Counted from the stretch's first letter, positions 29,302 through 44,194 are shown. The stretch is 64,000 nt of DNA from Octopus bimaculoides (GCF_001194135.2 NC_069002.1:2553140-2617139), one strand, 5' to 3'. Numbers and translations are program-made. Notes: a model not told the origin generated them from the sequence alone.

Positions 29302-29959
29302 ATATATATNNNNNNNNNNNNNNNNNNNNNNNNNNNNNNNNNNNNNNNNNNNNNNNNNNNNNNNNNNNNNNNNNNNNNNNNNNNNNNNNNNNNNNNNNNN
29401 NNNNNNNNNNNNNNNNNNNNNNNNNNNNNNNNNNNNNNNNNNNNNNNNNNNNNNNNNNNNNNNTATATATATTCATATATATATATATACGTATACGCAT
29501 ACACAATTGAGCGTATGTTTAGGGGTGTGTCTGCTTCTGATGCAAATAATTACATTTATAAACACAGTTATAAATTGTCATATATCTATATATAATTCCA
29601 CATCATACATAAATATATAACAGAATTCAAGAATCGGACGTGATGATCGATCCCTGTAAATATTGCAGCAAAAAAAATTTAGTTAATCATCCATACCTAT
29701 CCACGTAGTGAACATTTGTATTTGCCTCACCAAGTTTGAAACCAAAAATAGTATTTTAAAAAAAATTATGTGCATTTTTGATCCCACAGAAAGACATAGA
29801 ATCTTTGTACAAATATATTTTTTAAATGTATGTGATAAATTTGCGACTGAGCATTGGCGGAAGATCAAGACTTCACTCCCAACGAATACGGATTCCATCA
29901 GCGGAAGTAATGTCAAAGATTCCTCTACTTTAGACCACAGAGGAGCCAGAATGTAAGAC

Positions 29960-30200
29960 ATGCCGGAAGGGCCGGACGGTGGAAAGCCATTAAGGTGGCT
30001 GTAGAGTTGGAAATGTTTTTTTTTTCAAGAGGTTTGTGGTTCACGAGTTGCAAACCCTGGAAAGATGATTGTTGCGAGGAGTAGAGGCAAGTAGATACAA
30101 GATAAGACCTAACCAATCCTGGCTGGATAGCTATGGTGAAGACGTCTGACGGTTGGAAGATCCGAAGACCCTAATGACCAGAAATATCATCGCTTATGAT
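29960..30200 (+). mobile_element. Possible 3' end remnant of an RTE-type LINE
   Basis: LRW, RSRGK and W...EDV pieces in the order of the RTE C-terminal LRWxGHV...RGRPxKTW...DL pattern. Locally GC-richer. Confidence 0.35.
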
Positions 30201-30562
30201 GTCTCTATCAATATCACATGGCGTTGTATGAAAACACATTCTTCTATCATAACCATAATATTATTTAGATGTATAGATATTAGAGTATAGTATTTTCCGA
30301 TGCTGGCTTTTTGAAGATCTCTGTATGGAAAATATTATATTAGCTTACATCAGCAAAATACTAATAGTATTAGATGAGATTAGATTTAGTTGGAATAATA
30401 GAATAAGAGTTTTGACATAATTGACAAAAGATATCTAATTTTTACATAAAAGCCTAATTTTATAGAAGTGTGCGTTACACACGTATGCACATGCGTGCAT
30501 ACAAGAACACATACACACAACCATGCTCTTTCTTTCTCTCTTCACACACGCATACGTACACA

Positions 30563-30602
<40 letters not shown>

Positions 30603-32967
30603 TATATACAAAAAATGTGAAGTAGACACGTCTTTACACATAAAATGAACCTTCAGGAAATATTCACACATTTATCGTTGCAGCCAATTAGCCACTTAAT
30701 ATTCTACTTGTCACTTAAAATAAAAGTTTATATTCTTTTCAAATATGCGAAAAGCAGCAATCTATACACATTAGATAAGATTTCATTTCGTTTCTTATTC
30801 GACAATTATATCGCGTATTTGCTCCTGTTGATCAGAATTATAGCATATATTCTTTCGTTCTGTAATTTCTTCTGAATAGACAGATGCTATTTTAATATAT
30901 TCATCATGCGTTTCCGTTTACATATAATGAATGCAGCATATGTTTTCAGGCATAGTTACTGAGACTGAGAAATTCAAACTTTCCCTTATGTATTTAAACT
31001 CATTTTGTTTTCATGCATATTACATTCAACGTATCCTTACCTTCATTAAAATACCAGGATGCAATTTGCGTAAGATTTGTTTGCTACTTCTACAAGATTT
31101 AACACATGAGTCTTCTGTTTGTGGCTTCCATGTGCATTGTATATTCATTATGCAATAAGTCTTCAGGAATCACTTTAATTTTCTATCACGTGGATAATTT
31201 GAAGATGTATTATTGTAGCCTTTCCTCATATTTCTAGTATTTGTGTACAATTTGATGCAATCTATTTTAATTTTACTTCAGGTCAACTTGTAGTCTAATG
31301 GCTGCTGTTTAGGATTGAAAATCATGAGCCTCATAATTCTATTCATCTGCTACAATTGTGGTGGTAATCGTCCGATTGTTTTCTTTTTTAAATATGGTTA
31401 TTGTCTAGCGCCTCTTCTATTGAACAAAACAATTATTATCTCAAACATCCCAAATTTGTACGTAGCCATTTTGTCTTTATTAGCGACATAGCCGTCCTTG
31501 GACTATGTTATGTAATACGGTTCCTTTGAAAATATGTAACAGCTCTGATTGATTGTGGTACTATTTCTAGCAGGCAGAGCTACGATCTAGCGGCTTCTTT
31601 GTTGAAAACGTAACTATTTGGTCTCCTCTATACTGCATTCAATAACGTTTACACGGTATCAAGTATTCTAACAACATAACAACGAATGAAGTGCTTCCCT
31701 TATTTTGCATGCCTAGTTTTGTGATGCAGGTAGATTTAGAAAAATTCATACTGCTTTCAAGTAACTAATTATCTATTGTCAGCTTGATATAGATCAATCA
31801 ACAAATGGGAGTTTGCTATTGAAACGTTTATTAAGAGATGTCAATCAGGGATGTCTTGGTTTGCGTATTATAATATGTGAGCATTTCATTCATCCTTCAG
31901 ATTATTACGTTTAATCTACATAACACTAAAGGCATCAGAGTGGATATTTGATTTTCTTCCAATTTTTGTTACGCTCTTAAACCAGAATAATTCATTTGTA
32001 GCTCATCCAGTGACATCAGCCACCGATGCTGCTCGTTCTACTAAAAATGTCATCCAAGGTTCTTTGAAATCACACCTTAATCTCTTCAGAAGGAAATTGG
32101 GAGTCAATTAATTCATCCCATCGTTGTCGATTGAACGGTTACACACAGGCGCGAATGATGGGCTTAACCGAGATTAAAGTTTGTCATGCAATAACAATGA
32201 CAGCGAACTGATAGAGTCGTTAGAGCGTCGTATATTTGTAGGTTGTCTCTGAGCTGAAATCCCACAGCAGTCTTCATTGCCTTTCATCAATTTCTGGGTG
32301 ATAAATTCTGTGATATTAGGAATAACATACCCTCCTTCTCATTCCTACTGTCTCTCTTTCTCTCTTTCTGTATAAGCTACGTTAAAACTGCCCCAAGAAA
32401 GTAGTTTTCACATTCTAGCATCCTAATTACCGCCTTCATTATTCTAAGGTGTCACAAAAAAACAGGATTCTACACGGTTTTTATCGATCCGATTTCATTC
32501 ACAAGAACTGGTTCGATAAAGAGACTACAGCGGGAACTTTTGCCAAATTTCTAGCGCAATGTAATAAAATTCTTATTGTGAATCTTATGCTTTACAACAA
32601 TGGTTAAGATACTGCCCTCGAAATACAAAGTGTAAGTTCAACAATGATTTCGAAGTGCAACTTGAAATCAGTTCATCTTACTTCACTGCTTCTCTATCGT
32701 CCTGTCGTAAATATAACAATTATGGCACATTGTGTATCTTTATAAATTTTATAATTCCTATCTGTCCCCTTACTAAATTCTTTCCAAGTCCCTTACTTGT
32801 CTACCTAACATCTTTCAAAAATCCCGTTATCTTTCTCTATCTATTGTCGATACGAGTTTATTTAATAAGGGGTCGGCATTCAATGTGCAAACCTGTGATC
32901 ATATTAATTCGAGACTTAACCAAGTCACCTCATCTCTTTATGCATTCTCAAACATGTAGCTTTGTTT

Positions 32968-33260
32968 GCGCGGTTACATGGCCTGGCAGATAGCGTGTTG
33001 CACTAGAGATCACAAGATCACGGTTTTGATTACTGGACCGGGTAGCATCGGCAATTTTCCTTAGAAAATCACTTTATTTCACGTTGTTCTAGGATCACGT
33101 TGGTATGTGATGTGTGAGGCACTGTGCACATGTACAGGCAATTTCAATTTGATGGAGGGAAGAACGGGCTAATGTACAGCACAAACATTTCGTCATTATA
33201 AACAAATCATCTTTGCTAGCTGTTCAGCAACAAATTACAGAATAGACTTCCTCGGACCCC
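32968..33260 (+). mobile_element. SINE related to family C, diverged
   Basis: tRNA-like head (catggcctggcagatagcgtg...cacggttttgattactgg) and cactttatttcacgttg, shared with the copy at 39252. Confidence 0.55.
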
Positions 33261-34271
33261 GAGAGACTATCATGATTAGTTTTATTTAAAACAACAAACA
33301 AAAAATCAATGGTATCATTCTTTGTAGACCTCTCTGCAATCTGCATCATTTCTAGCCTGGGTATATGTAGACTCAACCTCGTTAAAATTTATCTGTTTTT
33401 GTTATTTTTCAAATTCCTTTTATCACAGTGTTTATAGGATTTTCGTTTACCCACAAAAACGAGATTCGTCCCAATATTTGTGTCTCTTCTTTTTCAGTTA
33501 TACCTACATGGAGTCTGTAATTTCATGTGGTCCCCATTTGATCAGCTATCCTAAACAACATTGTATATCCTGGCATATTAACCAGTCAAGTATATTATTG
33601 AGGTATTTTATTATCAAGTTTAATATTTGGGCTAAATTGTCATATGCAGTATATAGATTATTTTCCAAAATTTTTCTGCTTCTTTTCCCCTGATCATGTT
33701 CTTTTTATATCTTCAATTGTTGATTTGTACCCAATCTTCCATCAGAAACTTTTTTGGCGGGCTTCATGAAAACTCTCTATTCACTTTGGTCTCTCTCTCT
33801 CTCTCTTTCACACTCTCTCTCTCTCTCTTCTCTTTCTCTCTCACACACACCCTCTCGCTGTTTCTATCTACGTTTGACACGTTTACTAACCTCTCTTTCA
33901 ATCACTCTGGCAAGTTCTCCTTTCTTGTTTTGTATCTATTCTCTTTTTATTGCAGCTTAGAATCTCTTGATTCTTTTCTTCGCAAGATTGTTTTATTTCT
34001 ATATTTGACTCATATAATTCTCTGTAGGAATTCCTTGTATTTTGTACAAAACATGTTATTACGAAGGAAATTATTTCAGTCTCCATTCCAAAGTCCTGAT
34101 CCGCAAGGAGTTTACTACAATTAGCTGCTATCAACGTTCTTATTTGCGGTGTTTCGGTCATATATTTTTTATTTTATGTCTCATATATGCATATTCAAAC
34201 ATACATACATACTTACACGCGCACATACACACGCGCACACACATATATGTATATACGTGTATTTGTGTGTG

Positions 34272-34343
<72 letters not shown>

Positions 34344-34550
34344 CATATGTATATATATATCTATATATATATATATATATGTGAATATATTTATATATGT
34401 ATATGTATGCATGTCTCTCTCTCTATTGTGTACGTATGTATGTCCATGTTTTACGTGTTTTAGCTATTTGGCTGATAATATTTATATTAATCTTTATATG
34501 TCCTTTCTGCTTTGGTAAACTCTTTCGCTATTTTTATTCACGGCAACAGT

Positions 34551-34595
<45 letters not shown>

Positions 34596-35039
34596 TCTCT
34601 CTCTCCCTTCTCTCTCTATCTCTCTCTCTCTCTTCCTTCCCTTACATGATATTTCCTTCTCCATCTTGTGCCACTTCTATTGACATTTTCTGCTCGTTGT
34701 TGTGTATTAGACGTGAAATGCACACGTTATATCTGTTTCATCGTTGCAGGTGAGGATAATTTGATATATAGCATCACTTACTCTACTCTGTTTCTCCGTC
34801 GTTTTTCTTTGTTCATCTGTTCACATTTGCGATCGCTATTTTAGGGCTATACACGTTTCTCTTTTCTTGTTTTTTCCTATTATCCATGCAAACTTAGTGC
34901 ATGCTACATCTGTAATCCTGTAATTGTTTTTGCTTTTACTTTTTTTTTAAAACATATTTTACATTACTTTCTCAGAACTATTTCGGAAAAGTTCTAATCA
35001 TTCGCATGTTTATGAGATTGTTTCGTCTTTATTAGCGTA

Positions 35040-35400
35040 TCGTTGCTGCTGTTTTTGAAATTGTTGCTTCTCTTTCTTTCGCTGCTGCTACTGCTGTTGC
35101 TGTCGTTGTTGTTCCTGTTCTTGTTTAGCATGGAATTGATTATAGATTCATATGTGTATAGGGTTCGTTTGTTTGCTACAAATTGCGTATGATTTATAGG
35201 TGTAGTGATTTAATGTTCGTATCTCAATTTGTTATGCTTAGGATTGATATCTCACTTTTGCTAACGGCATTTCTAGCTGTTGTGCTTTTTTGTTATTGTT
35301 GCGGCTTTATAATAGGTTGTAGTGGCTGTTGATGTTGCAGTGGCGGTTTTGTTATATATTTGCACTGCTTCATGAAGATATTGTGTTTGTGGTTGTCATT
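35040..35400. repeat. Degenerate (GTT/GCT)n tract
   Basis: Seen directly. Confidence 0.75.
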
Positions 35401-35419
35401 ATTTTTGTAGTGGTTTGGC

Positions 35420-35585
35420 CCAGGTTAGCCCTAACAGATCAGACACATGATTAAAATCGTTACAGCTTTGACCACAATCTCTTTTATGTTGAGATATAGA
35501 CTACCAATGTACTCTTCCAACAATTAAGGGTGTTCCGGGGTGGGGTGAGATTTGAGGGAGATTTGGATAGTAACGATAGCAGATC
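35420..35585 (-). repeat. Interspersed repeat family D (other copies near 3305-3365 and 40085-40145 on +)
   Basis: The reverse complement ctatccaaatctccctcaaatctcac matches agaaatagcagccgaatgaccctcaaatcacac (3317) and agaaatagctgccaaataatcctcaaaa (40096). Confidence 0.55.
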
Positions 35586-35625
35586 AACAGAAATCATATA
35601 TCAATGTTCACTTTCCTGCACACAC

Positions 35626-35707
<82 letters not shown>

Positions 35708-36061
35708 NNNNNNNNNNNNNNNNNNNNNNNNNNNNNNNNNNNNNNNNNNNNNNNNNNNNNNNNNNNNNNNNNNNNNNNNNNNNNNNNNNNNNNNNNNNNN
35801 NNNNNNNNNNNNNNNNNNNNNNNNNNNNNNNNNNNNNNNNNNNNNNNNNNNNNNNNNNNNNNNNNNNNNNNNNNNNNNNNNNNNNNNNNNNNNNNNNNNN
35901 NNNNNNNNNNNNNNNNNNNNNNNNNNNNNNNNNNNNNNNNNNNNNNNNNNNNNNNNNNNNNNNNNNNNNNNNNNNNNNNNNNNNNNNNNNNNNNNNNNNN
36001 NNNNNNNNNNNNNNNNNNNNNNNNNNNNNNNNNNNNNNNNNNNNNNNNNNNNNNNNNNNNN

Positions 36062-36094
<33 letters not shown>

Positions 36095-36644
36095 CTCTGA
36101 TATACCTTAGCATATAAGTGTACGTGAATGCGAGTGTAAGTATGAAGATTATAATATACGGATGTGGCTGGGCTTGTATAACAATATACATGCATCTGTA
36201 TGTGTACACATGCATATATACATAGCTATATTCATACAGGAATATATATACATACGACGGGAACTGTCTATATTAATCTAAAATGCACAGACCATTCTTT
36301 CGCGACTGAAAATATAACGCAAAGTATATCCGTTTAGTATTTTAGAATCTCTATGAAATTTAAACGAATAAAACATATAAGATTCTATTCCATCGTCTTC
36401 TATATCTGTCTGCATTCCTATTTCTATCTTATCAGAGCACGTTTCTCTTTTATTTGTCTCGGAAGAAGCTAGAAGCTTGATGAGATACCCATAAGTAATG
36501 AAACCTGCCATAATGATCTGCTAACGGGTAAGTTATAACATTTTCTTTCTCTTTACATTTCTAAGGCAGCTGAAAATTGTATTGTATTATTAATGTCATG
36601 GCATATCTTAAGGTTGCACTGGACATAATGCTAAATGGAATTTC

Positions 36645-36700
36645 TTACCAGTTGAGCACTAGCGGTGGGGGCGATGTAATCGACTACTCCCCTTCCCATG
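36645..36700 (+). mobile_element. SINE family A, 3' fragment
   Basis: ttaccagttgagcactagcggtgggggcgatgtaatcgact matches the family A 3' body. Confidence 0.5.
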
Positions 36701-38073
36701 AAAGTTTCAAGCGTTATCCCTATACTCAAAAGGATTATTACAGCATATTTCCATCGTGACGATATCTTAGAATTCATTCTCGTACACGGAATAACCAATA
36801 TTCTAAGCTTGAAATGATTTTAATGTCTTTTTTCTTCTTTATCCAAATGCATCAAGTCTTTTACTCAATTTTTAAAGTTATTTTCTTATTTCTACTGTTT
36901 CTTCAAAATAACCAAAGTTTGCTCAACTCTCTACCACATTATCAAATATTTTTCAGTGTTTTGCCCAGAATGGATTATATTATGGATGTGAAGAAATATG
37001 GATCCTCATGGATTTGTTTTAATGTTTATTTTACTCTTGTGGTTTACACCGTTTTCCATACTTATTGATCAGCAATTCTGCGTGTTATTCAAGAATAGAC
37101 TATCCGATAATCTTACCATATTGTGAAATTTCTTTAGCGAAATTGATTTTCCATCAATATCCATATTGCATGTAATCCATTAAATATGGAAATTAATTTG
37201 GGAAATTAAGTTTCGCTTTGTAGATTTCCACGATCTGTTCAGTTATTTAGGAACATTTTGAATTTATAACTATGTCTGTATTTTAAAGCATAGTGCATGT
37301 AGATTTATATTATCGAAAGAGGCTCCCTTCTCAAAGACACTATGTTGGGAGTAGTTTTAAGAATATTTACTTACTATTTCTAAAAGCTAGACTTTCCATC
37401 CGGCAGCATTTTCCATACTATAATCGATTATACGCTAGCTGAGAGTACTACTCCCTTCTTTCTCATATCGTAAAACAGCCTCTGTCAATAACACTCTGTT
37501 TGGTGAGTGACTTTACTATTTCATCTCATCTACTTTAAATCGGAATTCCCTGCAAGCAACTCATTATATGTTCAGTGTATTTCAAATATATTACGTATTT
37601 TACTTTCTGTTTCTGACACTACACTAACAAAGAAACTGATACAAACTTTCGCCAACTTTTCCATATATTCCATTCATGGTTGCAACTCCTACTTTGCAAT
37701 GACTTCCTACCCAAGACACATCAATTTAATTGTACAACCCAAACAAAGCTATCCGCAAACACAAGACACACATTATATAGTAATTATGCAATAAAATAAA
37801 CAACCCCTCGCAATATGTATTCTACAGGTAGGCTACCCAACAGAAGATCACATCTCGCATTATACACACAAAACAGAATACAAAACAGAATACAACAAAA
37901 CACTGCAAACAAACCAGGTAACAAAACAAATTGATGCAATACGATACTGAGAAATGTCTGTAATCGAACCACTACCAAAAGCAAAAAAAAAAAAAAACAA
38001 GAACACACAATGCTGCAGCACGGATGTGTAGCAGATGATGGATGAGAGATTTGTCTGAAACTATCAAATGTGG

Positions 38074-38510
<437 letters not shown>

Positions 38511-38929
38511 TTTCACCGAAAACTTTTGCTACAATCTTTTTGATAATGTCCACTAATTCTTTTCGGATTTTACTTTTAGCTTTGTCATTTACAAAATCCG
38601 ACATTGCATATTCGTTACAGAACACGGGGGGAAAGACATATTGCTTTGATGTCAATCAGCTTTTCTCGATCTAATGTACATTTGTCACAAACTTGAGCTA
38701 ACTTGTAAAACTTTGTCTGCTCTACTTGATTTCGTTTTACTATTTAATATGACAGATGGACGGAGATTATTACTTAGTACTTTCTTTTGATGAATGAAAT
38801 CTTAGCGTGCTTTAATTCTCCGTCTCTAACGGTAAGAGATTGTATGTCGTCGCTTGACCTGAAAACAAACTCCTTCCTTTTAAAAAACGCCGAACATTAT
38901 CTTAATGCACATGCGCTTTTAAATGGCGT

Positions 38930-39080
38930 TAAATCGGCCGATTCTTTAAAGCGTTGCATAAAATTTTATTTTGCAGAATTTGTTCGCTGTCCCTGTGTTC
39001 AAATTTTACCGAGGTCAGCTTTGCTCTATCATCATTTTTTTTCTTTTTTATTCTTTAGCGACTAAAAGTTACCAACACAG
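38930..39080 (+). mobile_element. SINE family A, degenerate
   Basis: gttcaaattttaccgaggtcagctttgctctatcatc...gactaaaagttacc. Confidence 0.45.
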
Positions 39081-39114
39081 AACGATGGTTTCGCGGAATT
39101 ATTCTTAATCTATA

Positions 39115-39245
39115 AGCGTAGGAGTGGCTGTGTGGTAAGTAGCTTGCTTACGAACCACATGGTTCCGGGTTCAGTCCCACTGCGTGGCACCTCGGGCAAG
39201 TGTATTCTCCTATAGCCTTGGCAAGTGTATTCTACTATAGCCGTG
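39115..39245 (+). mobile_element. tRNA-derived SINE, family B, 5' part with an internal duplication
   Basis: A-box-like tggctgtgtggtaag, B-box-like ggttcagtccc, then ggcaagtgtattct(c/a)ctatagcc twice. Confidence 0.8.
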
Positions 39246-39251
39246 GGAAAA

Positions 39252-39435
39252 GGCAAAGGCCGATACAGCTTGGCATCAGTGACGTCGCAACTCATTTCTA
39301 CAGCTGAGTGAACAGGAGCAACATGAAATAAAGTGTCTTGCTCAAGAACACAACACGCAGCCCAGTCCAGGATTCGAACTCACAACCTCACGGTCGTAAG
39401 ATCGACTCTCTAACCACTGAACCATGAGCCTTCAC
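39252..39435 (-). mobile_element. tRNA-derived SINE, family C, with CORE-like central domain
   Basis: The minus strand reads ggctcatggttcagtggttagagagtcgatcttacgaccgtgaggttgtgagttcgaatcc (A box, ACG anticodon-like loop, B box) then cttgagcaagacactttatttcatgttgctcctgttcactcagctgtagaaatgag. This resembles the tRNA-Arg-derived OR-type octopus SINEs; the assignment is not verified. Confidence 0.8.
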
Positions 39436-39440
39436 ATATA

Positions 39441-39514
<74 letters not shown>

Positions 39515-40285
39515 TGTATACTGCATGCAGTCATATACACAAATGCGTATGTGTAAGTATGCGTTTGTATGTTTGCATACAATATAATATATGCTCACAT
39601 GCTTCCTTAAATTCGTTTTTCTATGTGTCGGTGCGGACAATGAGATGCGCCTCCCAATATATCTAGCGAAGGAAATATTAGTTTTTCACTGTTTAAGTTG
39701 GAATATTTCCCCACAAGTTAAAATTTCAAGTTAGTAAAGCTTTCATCGCAAACAATGAAATTCATTCGGAAATACCTTCTCACATTTCTATACAAAATAA
39801 ATTTAACACGACGTTAAGTGTATTATAATACAATAATATTATTTTTACATTAATCTGTTCGATAGCAGCGTCATTGTACATCTGGAATGGTTAAAATTAT
39901 ATGCGACCTTTATTCATATGTTGTATTATATTTCATGCAAATGGCAGACACTTGGTGGCTTGACGATGTTCACACAACCACATGCATAAAAGCACAAAAG
40001 CACATGCAAAAATTCTCAAACTCGCTCATATACGCAAAGTTGAATCGACGAACACGTTTTTATCAATAAACCTCAGGGAGGTCACACATCCGGCCAGAAA
40101 TAGCTGCCAAATAATCCTCAAAAATTAACTATATCATCTTGAAAGGTAGAAGGATACGGTGAATACTGCAATAATGATAGTAAAATTAAAGGTGAACATC
40201 AGAAATATTTGATAATAAAATCTTCCAGGTAGTTGCTCCATTTGTTAAAAATTTTATTAAACTACCTTCAGATCAAACACTATAC

Positions 40286-40525
40286 CAGGAGTTTTCCAAG
40301 CGGGGGTAATTCCCCCTGGCGTTGAAAAAATGAGGGAAGATAATGGGGTGTCCAAAACGACGCATGTAAAAACTACAACATAATGGCGTAGTTTTCTTTG
40401 TGAAATGCAATTATTTCGAATTTGCTGCAGAAACTGGGCTGTTTGTGGTGGTGAGAGGGTGAGGGTCGCCAAGAACATGGCCCTGGTGCCAAGAGGCGGC
40501 AGCCTGAAAATATTGGAAACCAATG
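40286..40525. mobile_element. Probable hAT-type MITE (about 240 bp)
   Basis: Imperfect TIRs: CAGGAGTTTTCCAA (40286) and TTGGAAACCAATG (40513-40525, reverse complement CATTGGTTTCCAA). The 8-bp flanks CACTATAC and CACTGTGT match at 5 of 8 positions with only transition differences, as expected for an aged hAT target-site duplication. The interior is GC-richer than the flanks. Confidence 0.5.
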
Positions 40526-41068
40526 CACTGTGTCCTACCATTTTAAGCAGAATGAAAGACGCTAAAGCTCCACGAAGCAGCGTTAAACGATCCATGTATA
40601 TATACAATCATATTTAGCAAGTCTTTATTAGCGACAGATACAGTATTTCTTGAGAATAGAGATGTGTATATTGATATGCTCTAGGAAAGCCCAAATACTG
40701 TGATATTCGGCTTCACATGGCATTTTGCATTGGCTAATAGTGCTACAAAAGCATAGAACTAATATCTGTGAATTGTAACACTATAAGCTTATGAGAAGAG
40801 CATTTGCAGCTGAAATAGAGCAAGGAGAACATTCTCCCCACGGTGAGAATATTAGAAAACACATTGCGTTATGAATGATGGCAACGAACATAAATGTGTT
40901 GAAAGACGCATAATGGATGTTAATAGAAAATTTACAGAACAGACACGACTCGGACAGTTTCATCACAAAACCGGTGGAAGATTGATGACCTTGGGCTAAA
41001 CGACAAGTATAACAACAAAAATTGCCACAACAGCAAAGAAATTGCAATTACCTTGTCTTTCGTTATAT

Positions 41069-41101
<33 letters not shown>

Positions 41102-41657
41102 NNNNNNNNNNNNNNNNNNNNNNNNNNNNNNNNNNNTGTGTGTGTGTGTGTGTGTGTGTATACATTTTCTTTGATATTTCGGTAAGGAAAAAATTGGTCG
41201 AAAGTAAAATGAATATTCAAACGTTCAACAGAATGGAAAATTATGTACATTATTAAGAACATCATTTCCACATAATTGTCAAGAACGGTAATTGAAGATT
41301 TATGCCAAAACAATAACTGCAACAACACCAGTAAGAGGAACAATGTATAATAGGTTAGAGAGAAGAGGAAGAAAGAGAAGAGGAAGAAAGAGAAGGGGAA
41401 AACAAAGAGAAAGACGCATGAAATTATTCATAATTCTGAGAATGAATTCGAAATATTTAAAACACAATAAATAGATCTTTGAAAGAGATTAAATCGGAAT
41501 CTCGTTAAACATTAAGTACTTCACGCCATTTAAACATCCGTATGCAAACGTACATAATTACACACACAGAGACACACAGACAAGAGTACTAGCTCACGCC
41601 CAAACGCTAAACGCATATGCGTACATGTTTAGATACACACAGACACACACACCAATA

Positions 41658-41839
41658 CATTTCGCCCGGCGTGCTTACGACTCTGCCAGCTCGCCGCCTA
41701 AATAATAATCCTTTCTACTATAGACGTATGGCTTGAAATTTGATGGTAGGAGACTCCAGGCAAACTCAGAACGAAAAGGCAGTCGAAATACAGCTAAGCA
41801 TTTCGCCCGGCCTGCTAACCTTTCTGCCAGATCGCCGCC
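41658..41839 (-). mobile_element. Two tandem SINE family A pieces
   Basis: catttcgcccggcgtgcttacgactctgccagctcgccgcc (41658-41698) and a second copy with tail and head but an internal deletion (41703-41839). Both are reverse complements of the family A head. Confidence 0.8.
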
Positions 41840-42327
41840 TTAGAAATTGCGATATAAATATTCAGTGTTTGTCCATTTTTCTTAGTGAATTTGTATCATT
41901 GGAAACGGATGAAGAGTTTGGGTGTTACATATCCTACATAAAGAAAGTAAGGGGAAATATGTGAGATTGTTTATTGAATATTTAGCAACACACATTTACG
42001 TTAGATTCATTAACAATGAGTGATTATTTATTAAATAAAGTAAATTACATAACCAAGTTTCATTGTCAAGTCGTCAGACGTACCACATTCTATGTAACAT
42101 AATTCGATTGAGACACATGGAAATAATTGATATGTATATATATGTGTGTATGCATATGTATGTATGTGTACTCATAAACATATGTAATATAAACATTATA
42201 TGCATATATGTATATATACATATATGTATAGATATATATATACATATATACATATGTATACTTACATATCCATAAATACATGCAGATATACACACAAATA
42301 CATACACATACATACATACACACATAT

Positions 42328-42358
<31 letters not shown>

Positions 42359-43498
42359 CACACATACATACATGCAAACATGCATGCATACAATGAATAT
42401 CTTTTCGATAAGACGTGAAATTTTTTTGGGAAATATGTGCGTTCAAATATGTAATTATGCACCTCACACCACTGTGCACGTACATGTTTTAGAGATAGCC
42501 ACTTCAAATTTTAGAAACATCATTTACATAGAGGTGCTGCAAATTTCCTGGCTTTGCTTAAAAATTACAGGCGAATCAGTTAATACATGATCTTATTCAA
42601 CATATTCCCCTCTTTGATTCACAAACTTATTGCAACGATACCCTTCATGACAAGAACCTTTCAGTATGCCCTCGTATAATTCTAGCAGCTAGAGTGCCTG
42701 TGCTGTAGCTGCCTCCCTGGCGGTCATTTATATATCATGAAGCTTCGGGTTAAGTCAGATCAAACAGAACGTTGATTAAAAGATATCATTCCATGTTAGT
42801 CCTTTCGTCTTTAGAGGTATTATGGCCCGATTACAATATATGCCACATAAAGGGGGATAGCGGATCGGATCAACAGGACCTGAACAAGTCGATAATAACG
42901 ATCAGAACTACAATAAATAGAGCATAGAGCATCAGTCCCTTAGTCTGTAGGGCAGGCTTTCATCGTAATTTAGTAGCTATTTATAGCAGATTGACTACTT
43001 CATTGGCTGGAACTCTGTTTCTATTGGTAGCACCTTGTACGATTGGATATTAATATACATACACAGAACACACGGACAAAACTATATACATATATATATT
43101 ACTCATACATGTGTATGTGTATATATATATGTATGCTTGTGAGTACTTGGCAGTGTGTGCGAGCGTACGGGTATGTGCTTGTATCTGTGTATGTATATGC
43201 GAACATGGCCCAGCAGAGAGGCCATTATCAGCTGATGCAGTAACCATATTTGTAACGATATATAATATATAGCATGCTTTACAACATTTATAGATTCCTC
43301 TCTTCCCCCGAGAGATAGCGAAGCAGAGGTTTGCGGCTGATATAATTAACGATAGAATGAGCGAAATATTTGTCAGATCTTTTATCAATTATTGACCATA
43401 TGTAGCCCGACACATACTCATAAATACACACACACACACATGCATACGTTCACAGACACTCAGGCAAATACATATAAACACAGAAGACTACACAGAGA

Positions 43499-43543
<45 letters not shown>

Positions 43544-44163
43544 GGTGAGAGAGGAAGAAAGATAGAGCGAGGGAGAGAGAGAGAGGGAGAAAGAGAGAAT
43601 ATGAGTGCTTGTAAGCAAGCGCTCACATTGAAAGACATATCACCACACACATACTTAAACACAAAATCACACGCTCCGCAGTTGATGTAGACACGAATGC
43701 ATATATCCCAGCGCACGCAAAGAAACCATAGACATATACACAGTGTGTTAGTGTTTGTGTGTATGTAATTTCATTAGACATGCACACGCATACCCACACT
43801 TATAAGACACATATATATATATATATATTTATATATATANNNNNNNNNNNNNNNNNNNNNNNNNNNNNNNNNNNNNNNNNNNNNNNNNNNNNNNNNNNNN
43901 NNNNNNNNNNNNNNNNNNNNNNNNNNNNNNNNNNNNNNNNNNNNNNNNNNNNNNNNNNNNNNNNNNNNNNNNNNNNNNNNNNNNNNNNNNNNNNNNNNNN
44001 NNNNNNNNNNNNNNNNNNNNNNNNNNNNNNNNNNNNNNNNNNNNNNNNNNNNNNNNNNNNNNNNNNNNNNNNNNNNNNNNNNNNNNNNNNNNNNNNNATA
44101 TATATATATATGCATATATATGTATATATATGTATGCACACTGGTGCACACAGGCATATGTAT

Positions 44164-44194
<31 letters not shown>

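Noticed and set aside
34711-34760. Strong CAG/GTGAGG splice-like site
   Set aside because: It can be read as a donor or an acceptor, and no supported partner exon or homology was found.
39340-39435. tRNA-Arg-like sequence on the minus strand
   Set aside because: It has A and B boxes, but no proper acceptor stem is evident and it runs straight into a SINE body, so it is a SINE head and not a tRNA gene.
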